Source of the DNA: a virus
Lineage: Duplodnaviria; Caudoviricetes
Strand: one strand, 5' to 3'
Virus record (IMG/VR): IMGVR_UViG_3300037311_000102
Span: 1-26,458 of that record
DNA length: 26,458 nucleotides
A model generated the notes under the pieces. It was given only the letters and a program-made list of their open reading frames with translations. It was not told the DNA's origin and did no database searches. The position numbers and the translations under genes are program-made. How positions within the stretch are numbered: position 1 is the first letter of the stretch; the number at the start of each line of letters is the position of its first letter. Below, piece after piece: positions 15,137 through 24,892 of this stretch.

Positions 15137-15565
15137 ATGTCCTACTGCACTGAGGCCCAGCTGGTCGAGAGGTACGGCAGCGCGATGCTGATCGCGCTGA
15201 CCGACCGCGCGCCGGTGCCGACGGGCACGATCGACGCGACCGTCGTGGCGCGCGCGCTTGCCGACACGGACGCTCTGATCGACGGCTATCTCGCCCGCCG
15301 CTACGCCCTGCCGCTGACTGTGGCGCAGCCGCTGCTGACCGACCTCGCCCTGTCGATCGCGATCTGGAAACTGCACCTGGCGCAGCCCGACCCGAAGATC
15401 GAGGCGGACTTCAACGCGGCGATCAAGACGCTTGCCGCAGTGTCGCTTGGCACGATCGCGCTGACCGCGGCGGGCGTCGAGGCGCCCGGAACCGGCGGTA
15501 CCGGCGTGCAGGTCACCGACCGCGAGCGGCCGATGACGGCCGAGAACCTCAAGGGCTTCATCTGA
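15137..15565 (+). CDS. Head-tail adaptor, Mu gp36-like (DUF1320)
   Basis: MSYCT..QL..RYG...LI.LTDR and IDGYL..RY.LPL motifs. Confidence 0.92.
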   Translation: MSYCTEAQLVERYGSAMLIALTDRAPVPTGTIDATVVARALADTDALIDGYLARRYALPLTVAQPLLTDLALSIAIWKLHLAQPDPKIEADFNAAIKTLAAVSLGTIALTAAGVEAPGTGGTGVQVTDRERPMTAENLKGFI

Positions 15566-15999
15566 TGCTGGTCGCTCAGGTCATCACCCGGCTGAAGGCA
15601 CAGGTACCGGACCTGCGCACGGTCGACGGGGCCGCGCAGTTCGCGCAGCTGATGGCGTCGAACCAGCTGCCGCAACTGACGCCTGCAGCCCATGTGGTGC
15701 CGTCGGGCATGCAGGGCGGGCAGGTCACCGCCTCGGGCGCGGGGCACTTCGTCCAGTCGTTCCAGGACGGGATCGGCGTGATCCTGACCTTCCGGAACGC
15801 GGACCCCACCGGCGCGCGGGCCTTCGAGCGCGCCGACGATCTGATCCGCGAGGTGATGCGGGCGATCGCGGGCTGGTCGCCGGTGCCGGGCAGTCCCGCC
15901 TTTCAACTGTTGCGCGGGTCGGTCGCCAACTTCTCGGCCGGGACGCTCGTCTATCAGATCGACTTCTCCATCAACGACCAGCTGAGGGTCATCGCATGA
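15565..15999 (+). CDS. Tail terminator, gp37-like
   Basis: Synteny, TPAAHVVP, AIAGWSP and LVYQIDFS motifs. Confidence 0.75.
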   Translation: MLVAQVITRLKAQVPDLRTVDGAAQFAQLMASNQLPQLTPAAHVVPSGMQGGQVTASGAGHFVQSFQDGIGVILTFRNADPTGARAFERADDLIREVMRAIAGWSPVPGSPAFQLLRGSVANFSAGTLVYQIDFSINDQLRVIA

Positions 16000-16136
16000 G
16001 CAAGCCCCCCGAACTGCCGCAGGAAGGTGGCGCGTGGGTGCGCCAGAAGGACGGCAAGCTGGTCCGCGAGGTCACGACACCGTCCGAGAAACAGCCCGTT
16101 GAAGCCCCTGTTCAACGCCCCGTGAAGGAGGTCTGA
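15996..16136 (+). CDS. Small hypothetical protein (46 aa, MSKPPELPQEGGAWVRQKDGKLVRE...)
   Basis: ATGA overlap with the upstream stop and ends 1 nt before the tube gene. Absent from the ORF track because of its size. Confidence 0.7.
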   Translation: MSKPPELPQEGGAWVRQKDGKLVREVTTPSEKQPVEAPVQRPVKEV

Positions 16137-16137
16137 C

Positions 16138-17070
16138 ATGGCCGCGATTTTCTGGAACTCGAAGTACCTGCTGGCCAAGACCGAGGTGACCTATGGCGTC
16201 GACGCGGCCCCGACACCGGCGGCGAACGCGATCCTGGCCAAGGACGTTGGTTTCAACCCAATGGAGGGCGTGGACATCGACCGCGCGCTCGAGCGGCCGT
16301 ACTTCGGCGGCCAGGCCACGACCCCGGCCGAGCTCCACGCCAAGCTGTCCTTCAAGGTCGAGCTGGCACCCTCGGGCGCCGCGGGCACACCGCCCGCCTG
16401 GGGGCCGCTCCTGCGTGCCTGTGGCGTCGCGCAGACCATCAACGCGGGCACGAGCGTGGTCTACAACCCGATTACGCTGAACCCGGACTCGCTGACGATC
16501 CACTTCTGGTATGGCAACACCCGCCACGTGCTGCTTGGCGCGCGCGGCACCTTCAAGCTGACGATCGGCGCCCAGCAAATCCCCTACCTCGAGTTCGTGT
16601 TCACGGGGCTCTGGCAGCAGGCGTCCGAACAGGTTCGGGGCAACCCGACCTTCACGCAGCTTGCGCCCCAGGCCGGGTCGACGGCGAACACGCCGACCTT
16701 CACGATCAACGGCGTCGCGCAGATCATGCGGTCCTTCATGCTGGACGTGAAGAACGCGGTCGAAGGGCGCTTCCTGATCGGCGCCGAGGCGATCCTGATC
16801 ACGGGTCGCGGCGAGTCGATCGAATGCACGGTCGAGGCGACGCAGCTGACCACCTTCAACCCCTTCGCGCTGGCGAACGCGCAGACGCTGATGCCGATCA
16901 ACCTCGTGCACGGCACCGGCGCGGGCAAGATCGCGACGCTCGCCGTGCCGCTTGCGCAGATGCAGCGGCCGCAAGGCCTGACGCCCGCGCAGGACATCGT
17001 CGAATGGCCGCTGCGCATGGCGCCGATCCCGAACCTCGGGAACGACCAGTGGACCCTCACCCTGACCTGA
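16138..17070 (+). CDS. Major tail (tube) protein
   Basis: AAGGAGG SD. LAK.E.TYG.D, F.VELA.SG.AGT.PAWGPLLRACG and GARG motifs. Directly precedes the chaperones and tape measure. Confidence 0.88.
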   Translation: MAAIFWNSKYLLAKTEVTYGVDAAPTPAANAILAKDVGFNPMEGVDIDRALERPYFGGQATTPAELHAKLSFKVELAPSGAAGTPPAWGPLLRACGVAQTINAGTSVVYNPITLNPDSLTIHFWYGNTRHVLLGARGTFKLTIGAQQIPYLEFVFTGLWQQASEQVRGNPTFTQLAPQAGSTANTPTFTINGVAQIMRSFMLDVKNAVEGRFLIGAEAILITGRGESIECTVEATQLTTFNPFALANAQTLMPINLVHGTGAGKIATLAVPLAQMQRPQGLTPAQDIVEWPLRMAPIPNLGNDQWTLTLT

Positions 17071-17095
17071 CACGCCTGACCAAAGGACACCTGCC

Positions 17096-17425
17096 ATGTT
17101 CAAGATCATCGACGAGCCCGAGTTCACGCACGAGGTGAAGGTCCTGGTGCCGGTCGACGGCGGCCACCAGGAGCAGTCCTTCAAGACACGCTTCCGCGTC
17201 GTGCCACTCGACGAACTGGAAGACCTCGAGCTTGCGACGAGCGCGGGCCAGGAAACCTTCCTGCGCCGGGTTGTGGTTCGGTTCGACGACATCGTCGACG
17301 CGCAGGGTCAACCGATGCCGCAGTCGGACGAGCTGACGAACCGGATGCTGGCCACGCCCTACGTCCGCACGGCGCTGTTCCGGGCCTACACGGCGGCCAT
17401 GACCAAGGCACGCGTGGGAAACTGA
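17096..17425 (+). CDS. Tail assembly chaperone (lambda gpG equivalent)
   Basis: Lies between tube and tape measure and ends ..RVGN* on the slippery heptamer GGGAAAC. Confidence 0.85.
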   Translation: MFKIIDEPEFTHEVKVLVPVDGGHQEQSFKTRFRVVPLDELEDLELATSAGQETFLRRVVVRFDDIVDAQGQPMPQSDELTNRMLATPYVRTALFRAYTAAMTKARVGN

Positions 17426-17769
17426 CATGGTTCGGCCGCGCCTGGGCCCTGGGGAAACTCGGGCCCGCACGGCCGGGCGACGAGGCCGAGGATGACGCCC
17501 GACGCTGGGGGCTGATCCTGCCGGAGGATGCGAGGCGCGATGACGATGGGCTCTGGAGCGACAACGTGGCGGCGGCCGAGGCCTTCCTTGCCGTATCGTC
17601 GCAGTGGCGGTGCGCGGGCCTGGCCGACGGGCGGCTGGTCCGCACCGGCCTCGACTATGCGGGCGTGCGGGCCGCACTGGAGATGGCCGGAATGGGCATG
17701 ACACCCGATCTTTGGTCGGACCTCCGCGTCATAGAGACGGCCGCGATCAACGCACAGGGCGAGCGGTAG
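17416..17769 (+). CDS. Tail chaperone gpT-equivalent segment (DUF1799-like), reached by -1 frameshift
   Basis: The -1 frame is open from the slippery site (GKLTWFGRAW...) through SQWR and GLDYAGV...LRVIE.AA to a stop 1 nt before the tape measure ATG. Confidence 0.8.
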   Translation, partial: GKLTWFGRAWALGKLGPARPGDEAEDDARRWGLILPEDARRDDDGLWSDNVAAAEAFLAVSSQWRCAGLADGRLVRTGLDYAGVRAALEMAGMGMTPDLWSDLRVIETAAINAQGER

Positions 17770-17770
17770 C

Positions 17771-19927
17771 ATGGCGCTGCAATTCAGCCTGCTGCTGACG
17801 GCCGACGGGCGCCTCGCCAAGTCCGAGATCGACGGGACAGCGGCTGCCGTCGGGCGCCTTGGCAAGGCGGCCGAGGGCGCGACGGGCCGAGGCAGGGCGG
17901 CGGCGGGCGCGATCGACGGGATGACGGCCGCGGCGAACCGCAACGCGGTCGCGACCGCGACGATGGCGAGGTCCAACCAACTGGCAGCGGGCAGCGCCGG
18001 GAACCTGGTCGCGCAGTTCAACGACATCGGCGTGATGCTGGCCGCCGGACAGAACCCGCTGATCCTGGCCATCCAGCAAGGCACGCAGATCAGCCAGGTC
18101 CTTGGCGCGCAGGGCGGCGGCGCGGCTGGCGCCGTCCGGGCGCTCGGTCAAGGGCTGCTCGGGCTGCTCTCTCCGACCAACCTCCTTACCATCGGGGCTG
18201 TCGCTGCCGGAGCGGCTTTCATCCAGTGGCTGACCTCATCCGGCGAAGGCGCAGCCTCGCTTGAGGACCAGCTTGCCGCGCTGAAGGACGCGGTCGATGC
18301 GGTGCGCGAGGGCAGCACGCAATCGGCGGCCGATCTTCGTGCCGAGTTCGGGGCCCTCACGCCCGAGGTGCTGCGGCTGCAGGCCGAACTGCAGGGCCTG
18401 CGCATCCGCGACCTGATGGCCGAGGCCTCGGGCGCGGTCGCCTTGCTGCGCGGCGAAATCAGCAGCCTTTTCGACTTCGACTTCTCGGTCGAGGCCGACC
18501 TTGCGACCCTGCTCGATGTCGGCGTCTTCGGCGACTCGATCAAGGAGCTGAACCCGCAGATCGTCGCGATGATGGACGCTTTCAGCGCGCTTGAACGCGC
18601 CGACGGCGTCGGGGCGCAGCTGGAGGCCGTGCGGCAGCTGAAGGACGCCTTCACTGCGGCCGTCGATGTGTCGGGCGCGCTGACGGGCGAGCAACAAGCC
18701 TTCTATCGGTCGATCCTTGACACCGAGGCGCAGCTGACGGCCGCCGCGGTCGCGACCGGCGACATCAGCGCGGGCATCGTCGCCGGCAACACCGAGGCCA
18801 CGAAACTAGGCGGTGCGGCCGAGACGCTCTTCGACGTGATGGGTCGGATCGCGGCGCTCGATCTGTCGGGTCCGTTCACGAAGGCTTTCCCTGCCGCCCA
18901 GCAACTGGGCGCCTTCGCGTCCGGGCTCGCGACGCAGCTGGCGGCCATCGCCGGGGCCTTGGCCGAGAACGGCCCGGGCAACATCCTGATCGCGCCAGGC
19001 GGCGAGATCTTCGCCAGAGGCACGTATACCGAGGGCGGCATGGACGCCGCGGCGCGCGGCGAGGCCCGAAAGCGGCCGAACCCCTTTGGCCGCCTGGCGT
19101 CGGGTGCGGCGGGTGCCGCCCGGCCGTCCGTTGGCTCGGGCGGCGGTGCGGCGGCGGAGAAGGACGGCGTCGAGGACCTGATCGCCACGCTCAACGACGA
19201 GATCGCGACGCTGCGCGAGCTCGACCCGATCCAGAAGGCGATGCTGCAGTACCGCCAGGAGCTGGCCGGGGCCACCGACGCGGAGCGCGCGCAAGTCGAG
19301 GAGCTGATCGGTGTGCGCATCCGCGAGCAGGCCGCCATGGAGGCGGTGCAGGCGCGCAAGGACTTCTTCGAGCAGACCGGGGCCGACGCGCTCGAGGCGC
19401 TGATTGTCAAGGGCGAAAGCCTTGAGGACGTGCTGAAGCGGGTGGCGTCGGCCTTCCTCGAGGCGGCTATCCAAGGCGCGCTGTTCGGTAGCGGGCCGTT
19501 CGGCGACTTCTTCGGCGGTACCTCGATCCTGTCGGGCCTCTTCGGCGGCGGCAAGAAGGACGGGGGGATGATCCACGGCCGGGGCGACGGCCGGTCGGAC
19601 AGCAACCTCTTTGCCCTGTCGAACGGCGAATTCGTCGTGAATGCCCGCGCGACGGCGCGCCACCGCAACCTCCTCGAGACGATCAACGGCGGAGGCTTTC
19701 GCGGCTTCGCCGACGGCGGCCTGGTCGGAACGGATATCCGCCCCTCGGCTGGCAGCGCGGGCAGCCGCCCAAGGGACCTCAACGTCCATGTCCACGGCGC
19801 GCGCGGCGACCGCGAGATCCGCCAGATGGTCGAAGAGGGCGTGCGTGCTGGCCTGACCGCCTATGACCGCGAGGTCCTGCCCCAATCGGTCGAGCGGGTG
19901 TCGGGCGATCGCAGGAGCGTCGGCTGA
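17771..19927 (+). CDS. Tail tape measure protein
   Basis: 718 aa, Ala/Gly-rich. QFNDIGV.LA.GQNPL..AIQQG.QI lambda-type motif, and SDS....LSNGEFVVNA.AT and FADGG near the C-terminus. Confidence 0.95.
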   Translation: MALQFSLLLTADGRLAKSEIDGTAAAVGRLGKAAEGATGRGRAAAGAIDGMTAAANRNAVATATMARSNQLAAGSAGNLVAQFNDIGVMLAAGQNPLILAIQQGTQISQVLGAQGGGAAGAVRALGQGLLGLLSPTNLLTIGAVAAGAAFIQWLTSSGEGAASLEDQLAALKDAVDAVREGSTQSAADLRAEFGALTPEVLRLQAELQGLRIRDLMAEASGAVALLRGEISSLFDFDFSVEADLATLLDVGVFGDSIKELNPQIVAMMDAFSALERADGVGAQLEAVRQLKDAFTAAVDVSGALTGEQQAFYRSILDTEAQLTAAAVATGDISAGIVAGNTEATKLGGAAETLFDVMGRIAALDLSGPFTKAFPAAQQLGAFASGLATQLAAIAGALAENGPGNILIAPGGEIFARGTYTEGGMDAAARGEARKRPNPFGRLASGAAGAARPSVGSGGGAAAEKDGVEDLIATLNDEIATLRELDPIQKAMLQYRQELAGATDAERAQVEELIGVRIREQAAMEAVQARKDFFEQTGADALEALIVKGESLEDVLKRVASAFLEAAIQGALFGSGPFGDFFGGTSILSGLFGGGKKDGGMIHGRGDGRSDSNLFALSNGEFVVNARATARHRNLLETINGGGFRGFADGGLVGTDIRPSAGSAGSRPRDLNVHVHGARGDREIRQMVEEGVRAGLTAYDREVLPQSVERVSGDRRSVG

Positions 19928-20586
19928 TGGCGCTGACCTATCCCCTTTCGATCGCGACCTTTGCGGACATCCTGCTCGTCCGACGGTCCACGTTCCACCT
20001 GCCAGAACAGGTCCAGATGGACCGGACGGCGGGTGGTGAGCAGCTGACGGCCGACATGGGCGAGCGGCTGTGGCAGGGCGAGATCGAGCTTGGCACGCTT
20101 CTCCGGACCGAGACGGGGCGGATCGAGGTTCTGGTCGACCTCCTGCGCCCGGCGGGGCGAAGCTTTATGCTTTACGACCACCGGCGGGCCTATCCGCTGC
20201 TCGACCCGACCGGATCGATCCTGGGCGCGTCGACGCCCACGATCCTCGCGCTGGGCGGCGACCCGCGCGAGCTGTCCCTGGCCGGGCTGCCTGCGGGCTA
20301 CACGCTGTCGGCGGGCGACTACCTCGCCTTCAGCTATGGCACCACGCCCGTCCGCTTCGCCCTTCACCGCGTCGTGCCGCAGACGGTCGTCGCAAACGGG
20401 TCGGGCCAGACGGCCGTCTTCGAGGTCACGCCCGCGATCCGGCCCGGCGCGGCGGCGGGCGCGGCGGTCACGCTCAAGAAGCCCGCCTGCAAGGCCGTCC
20501 TGATCGCGGGGTCCACCGTGGCCGCGACCGGGCGCCAGGCCCTGACGGAGGGCCTGGGCTTCGAATGGGTCCAGTCGCTGAGGTAG
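19927..20586 (+). CDS. Distal tail/minor tail protein
   Basis: Directly follows the tape measure. GLPAGY.LS.GDY and FEV.P.IRPG motifs. Confidence 0.7.
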   Translation: MALTYPLSIATFADILLVRRSTFHLPEQVQMDRTAGGEQLTADMGERLWQGEIELGTLLRTETGRIEVLVDLLRPAGRSFMLYDHRRAYPLLDPTGSILGASTPTILALGGDPRELSLAGLPAGYTLSAGDYLAFSYGTTPVRFALHRVVPQTVVANGSGQTAVFEVTPAIRPGAAAGAAVTLKKPACKAVLIAGSTVAATGRQALTEGLGFEWVQSLR

Positions 20587-20588
20587 GG

Positions 20589-21275
20589 ATGCGCAGCTAC
20601 GACGCCGCCACGCTTGCCGCCCTTCAGACCCGCGCCGGGGTGGTCGCGCGCGTCCTGATCGTCGCCGAGGCGCGGAACCGCACGACGAACGTGCTGGACA
20701 CGCTCTGCCTCTGGAACGGGGCCGAGCCACGCGACTTCACGATCGCCGGAGTCACGCGGACCTTTTACGGCGCCGGATCGCTGCTCGACATCCCGCCGAT
20801 CGTGATGGAATCCGGCCTGCGGGTCCGGTTTCACCGGCTGAGCCTGTCGCCACTCTCGCCCGAGGTCGCCGACCTGATCCGCGTCCACGACCCGCGCTTC
20901 GCGCCCTTGCGCATCTATCGCGCGCTGTTCTCGCCCGAGACGGGCGCGCTGATCGCCGAGCCGCACCGGATGTGGAAGGGCTTCATCGACGACGTGTCGC
21001 TGCCGACGCCCAAGGCGGGTGGGGTCGCGCGCTGCGACGTCAAGGTCGCGTCTTCGGCGCGCCAGCTGACGCAGACCCTGCCGCTCAAACGGTCCGATGA
21101 AACCCAGCGGCGCCGGTCCGGCGACCGCATGCTGCGGTACGTCGATGTCTCGGGATCAGTCGACGTCTGGTGGGGCGAGGCACGTGCAGTGGTCGCCGCC
21201 CCGGCTGCCGCCGCGCCTCCGTCGAGGGGGTCGTCGACCTTCTTTTCTTCGGGCAGGGGCAAGAGCAACCGATGA
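20589..21275 (+). CDS. Minor tail/hub protein
   Basis: ATG at 20589, synteny, and RSDE.Q..R.GD...RY motif. Confidence 0.65.
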   Translation: MRSYDAATLAALQTRAGVVARVLIVAEARNRTTNVLDTLCLWNGAEPRDFTIAGVTRTFYGAGSLLDIPPIVMESGLRVRFHRLSLSPLSPEVADLIRVHDPRFAPLRIYRALFSPETGALIAEPHRMWKGFIDDVSLPTPKAGGVARCDVKVASSARQLTQTLPLKRSDETQRRRSGDRMLRYVDVSGSVDVWWGEARAVVAAPAAAAPPSRGSSTFFSSGRGKSNR

Positions 21276-21715
21276 CAGCACTTCTGCCCATCGGCCCGCG
21301 CCTGCCCAACTGGCGCCCGCGCCTTCTGGCCGAGATGGAGGCGGCCATGCACCGGCCCTTTGAATGGGGCCGCCAGGACTGCGTCCTCTTCGTCGGGGAC
21401 TGCATCCACGCCATGACCGGGAAAGACCCTGTGGCCGATATCCGGGGGCGTTACGCCGACGAGGCCGGGGCGCGCGCGCTGTTCGAGGAGCTGTCGGGTG
21501 GGCGCACCTGGTTCGGGATGGTGCGCACGCTTCTGGACCCCGTGCCGGTGGCGATGGCCCAGCTGGGCGACGTGGCTCTTGTGCGTAAAGAGCCCGGCGG
21601 CAGGTCCATGTTCGTCTTCGGCATCGTCGCGGACGACCGGATCGCCGCCCCGTCTGTCACTGGCCTGCGCTTTGCCCCCCGCACGCAGGCGCACCGCGCC
21701 TTCAGGGTGCCCTGA
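21272..21715 (+). CDS. NlpC/P60-like tail assembly protein (DUF6950-like)
   Basis: PFEWG..DC..F...C..AMTG.D....RGRY and AQLGDVA motifs. ATGA overlap. Confidence 0.8.
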   Translation: MTALLPIGPRLPNWRPRLLAEMEAAMHRPFEWGRQDCVLFVGDCIHAMTGKDPVADIRGRYADEAGARALFEELSGGRTWFGMVRTLLDPVPVAMAQLGDVALVRKEPGGRSMFVFGIVADDRIAAPSVTGLRFAPRTQAHRAFRVP

Positions 21716-24099
21716 TGCCCACACTCGGCGCAGCGATCGGGGGCTTGTTCACGTCGATCGGCACGGCGATCGGCGGGGCCTTTGCCGCGGGCGGGTTCTT
21801 CACCACCATCGTCGGGCGCCTCCTGGTCGCCGTCGTCGCCTCGGCGCTCATGCGGGCGCTTCAGCCGAAGCCCAAGGAGCCGGGCATCCGGACAAGCGTC
21901 ACGCAGACCGGCGGGTCGAACCCGCAGTCCTTCATCATCGGCAACTATGCGACCGGCGGCAGCCGTATCTGCCCGCCGATGAGCCACGGGACGGTCGGCG
22001 GCACCCCGAATGCCTACCTGACCGAGGTCATCCAGGTCAGCGACGTGCCGGGCCAAACTCTTTCGCGGCTGATCGTCAACGACGAGTACGTGACACTGGG
22101 CCCGACCCCGCACCCGGACTATGGCCTGCCCGCGACAGGGCGGTACGCGGGCTATCTGTGGTGCAAGTTCTACAACGGGACGCAGACCACGGCGGACCCG
22201 ATGCTGCTGTCGAAGTACGGCTCTTACCCCGAGCGGCCCTGGTCGGCCGACATGATCGGGCGGGGCATGTGCTACGCGATCCTGACCTGCCGCTATGACC
22301 GCGGCATCTGGAACTCGATCCCGCGCTTCAAGTTCGAGCTGGGCTCGATCCCGCTCTATGACCCGCGCAAAGACACGACGGTCGGCGGATCGGGGTCACA
22401 TCGCTGGGCCAACAAGGCAACTTGGGCTCCGACGACCAACCCCTTCGTGCAGATCTACAACATCATGCGCGGCGTGGCGCTGGACGACGGCAGCATCTGG
22501 GGCGGCCGGATCGACGCGGCCGACATCCCGCTCTCGTCCTTCTTTGCCGCGATGAACGAATGCGACCTGCTGGTTTCGAACGGGGCCGGGACCGAGGCGC
22601 AGTTCCGCACAGGCTACGAGGTGCAGGTCAGCGACGAGCCCTACGACGTGATCGAAGAGCTGATGAAGGCCTCCTCGGGCCAGATGGCCGAGGTGGGCGG
22701 GCTCTGGAAGGCGCGGGCGGGATCGGTCGGGGCGGCCGTGCTGGCCTTCACCGACGCTGACATTCTGATCACGCGCGAACAGGAGCTGACGGCCTTCCCG
22801 GGCTTCGACGGCAGCTACAACGGGGTCCACGTGAGCTACCCCGAACCGGTAAGTCTGTGGGAGGCGAAAGAGGCGCCCCCGGTCTACAACGCGACCTACG
22901 AGGCGCAGGACCTTGGCCAGCGCCTGGTCGCCGACCTGTCGCTGCCTGCCTGTCCCTACGGCGCGCAGGCGCGCCGGATCGGTTACGCCTACATCGAGGA
23001 GGAGAGGCGGTTCCGCCGCCACGGGCATTACCTGCCGCCGGACGCCGCGATCCTCGAGCCACTCGACGCGGTCAGCTGGACGTCGACCGTCAACGGCTAT
23101 GCGGGCAAGCTTTTCGAGGTGGCCGAGGTCACCGACGATCCGATGACCTGCGTTCAGCGCGTGATCCTGCGCGAGCGCGACCCGGCCGATTACTCCTACC
23201 CGTCGCTGCCCGCCGCGCCGGGGACGCCTGCGATCTTCGTGCCACCGGCGGCGGTTGACGTGCCGGGCTGGGCCGCGAACGGGATCAGCCTTTTCGACCC
23301 CGGCGCGATCGCGCGGCGCGCGGCGGTGGAGATGGTCTGGACGGGCACGAACCTCGATGGCGCGACGGGGCTGGAATACGAGGTGCGGCTCGCGGCCTCG
23401 GGCGTCGTCGTGGCGCGGGGCGTCGTGACCGACGTGGCGTCGGGCCGCAATGTCGTATCGTCAGGGATTATCGGGGGGGTGAGCTACGAGGCCCGGGGGC
23501 GGGTGATCGTTCCAGGTGCGCCGGGCAACTGGAGTGCCTGGGACATGGCGCTGACACCGGTCATCCCGGGGATCGCGATGGTCGACGGCGCGATGCAGTC
23601 GGCCAACTTCGTGGCGGGCAGCGCGGGCTGGGCGATCGACGAGACGGGCAATGCCGAATTCAACAACCTCGTGACACGGGGATGGATTCAGGAAGGCGCG
23701 GTCAGCGACAAGCTCCAGACGATCTCGCCCGGGCCACATTCGGTCCCGGCCGCGAGTTCGACGACGGTGATGGGGTCTGCCCATTCGACCGGCCCCAATC
23801 CGCGCGGGCAGTTCATCGAGGTCGGCGTGGTGTTCGACGGCCGGACGCCGCCCGGGTCGGCAGCCGTCACCTTTTCGTTCCAGATACGCTACGCGGTCTT
23901 CGGCGCGGGCTTTGGGGCCTGGAACACGCTGCTCACCTTTGCGCCCGGCGCAAGCTGGGAAATGCTGACGCACTCGGTCACTGTATCGGGGGCGCTGGAC
24001 GATTGTGAAATCCGCGTGATCGCAACCAAAGCCGCGTCAGGAAGCGGGGGGACCGCCTGCCGCGATCTTTATCTGACATCGGTGGTGATCACGAAATGA
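21715..24099 (+). CDS. Tail tip / host-specificity protein (lambda J-like)
   Basis: 794 aa. LYDPRKD.TVGGSG.HR, LEPLD.V.W, FN3-like segment and SANFV.GS.GW.I...G.AEFNN motif. Confidence 0.88.
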   Translation: MPTLGAAIGGLFTSIGTAIGGAFAAGGFFTTIVGRLLVAVVASALMRALQPKPKEPGIRTSVTQTGGSNPQSFIIGNYATGGSRICPPMSHGTVGGTPNAYLTEVIQVSDVPGQTLSRLIVNDEYVTLGPTPHPDYGLPATGRYAGYLWCKFYNGTQTTADPMLLSKYGSYPERPWSADMIGRGMCYAILTCRYDRGIWNSIPRFKFELGSIPLYDPRKDTTVGGSGSHRWANKATWAPTTNPFVQIYNIMRGVALDDGSIWGGRIDAADIPLSSFFAAMNECDLLVSNGAGTEAQFRTGYEVQVSDEPYDVIEELMKASSGQMAEVGGLWKARAGSVGAAVLAFTDADILITREQELTAFPGFDGSYNGVHVSYPEPVSLWEAKEAPPVYNATYEAQDLGQRLVADLSLPACPYGAQARRIGYAYIEEERRFRRHGHYLPPDAAILEPLDAVSWTSTVNGYAGKLFEVAEVTDDPMTCVQRVILRERDPADYSYPSLPAAPGTPAIFVPPAAVDVPGWAANGISLFDPGAIARRAAVEMVWTGTNLDGATGLEYEVRLAASGVVVARGVVTDVASGRNVVSSGIIGGVSYEARGRVIVPGAPGNWSAWDMALTPVIPGIAMVDGAMQSANFVAGSAGWAIDETGNAEFNNLVTRGWIQEGAVSDKLQTISPGPHSVPAASSTTVMGSAHSTGPNPRGQFIEVGVVFDGRTPPGSAAVTFSFQIRYAVFGAGFGAWNTLLTFAPGASWEMLTHSVTVSGALDDCEIRVIATKAASGSGGTACRDLYLTSVVITK

Positions 24100-24476
24100 T
24101 CCGCTGGGCGATCCTCGATGGGAATGGCTACCCGACGTCGCTCGGCCAAGGCAGGTCGGTGCCGACTGGGGCGGTGGCCCTTCCGGGTGAGCTGCGCCCT
24201 GCTGAGGCAGCACGTATGCGATTCATCGGCGGTGCATGGACGGACAGGCCGCTGTCTCCGGTCGCTGAGGTCTTGGCGGGATCGGTCACGCTGACCGAGT
24301 GCCCAGCGGGCTCCTACGCCGAGATCTACGACCGGGAGATCGGCGACTATCTCGGCCGCGTCGACGAGACCGGCGGCGTGATCGAGATCAGCCTGCCCGA
24401 CCCGGGCACGTATCTGATCGAGGTGACCTTCCCGCCGCCCTACCTGCCGAGTCGCAGCGTCGTGGAGGTGCCCTGA
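24096..24476 (+). CDS. Hypothetical tail-associated protein
   Basis: ATGA and TGATG coupling, PG.Y.IEV..P.PYLP terminus. Confidence 0.7.
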   Translation: MIRWAILDGNGYPTSLGQGRSVPTGAVALPGELRPAEAARMRFIGGAWTDRPLSPVAEVLAGSVTLTECPAGSYAEIYDREIGDYLGRVDETGGVIEISLPDPGTYLIEVTFPPPYLPSRSVVEVP

Positions 24477-24892
24477 TGGTCGAAATCCGCCGCCGGACGG
24501 ACATCGAGGCGCGCGCGATCGCCCGGGCGCGCGAGGCGGCCGCCGCCACTCTCTTCGAGTACCTGACCGCGGCCGAGCAGTCGATCATCGCGGGCGTGAC
24601 ACCGGGCGAGATCGCGAGCTGGGCGACAAAGGAAGCGGCGGCGGCGGCTTATCTGGCAACGACGGCGACCACCGAACAGCAGACCATGCTGTCGATCGAG
24701 GCGAGCTTCACGGGCGAAACGCTGACGGCGCTGGCGACCCGGATCATGGAACGCGCGACCGCCTACAAGCAGCTTGCCCCGGCCCTGGCGGGGGTCCGCC
24801 GCAGGTACGAGGGCGAGATCGCCGCCGCGACCACGGGCTTCGACGCCATCCTGTCGGCAGCGATCGCCGACCTTCAGGGGTTCTTTGCATGA
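24476..24892 (+). CDS. Putative tail fibre assembly-type protein
   Basis: GGAGGT SD. E.ASW..KE.AA.AY...ML..EA...G.....LA..I...A..Y......G.RR pattern. Confidence 0.6.
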   Translation: MVEIRRRTDIEARAIARAREAAAATLFEYLTAAEQSIIAGVTPGEIASWATKEAAAAAYLATTATTEQQTMLSIEASFTGETLTALATRIMERATAYKQLAPALAGVRRRYEGEIAAATTGFDAILSAAIADLQGFFA

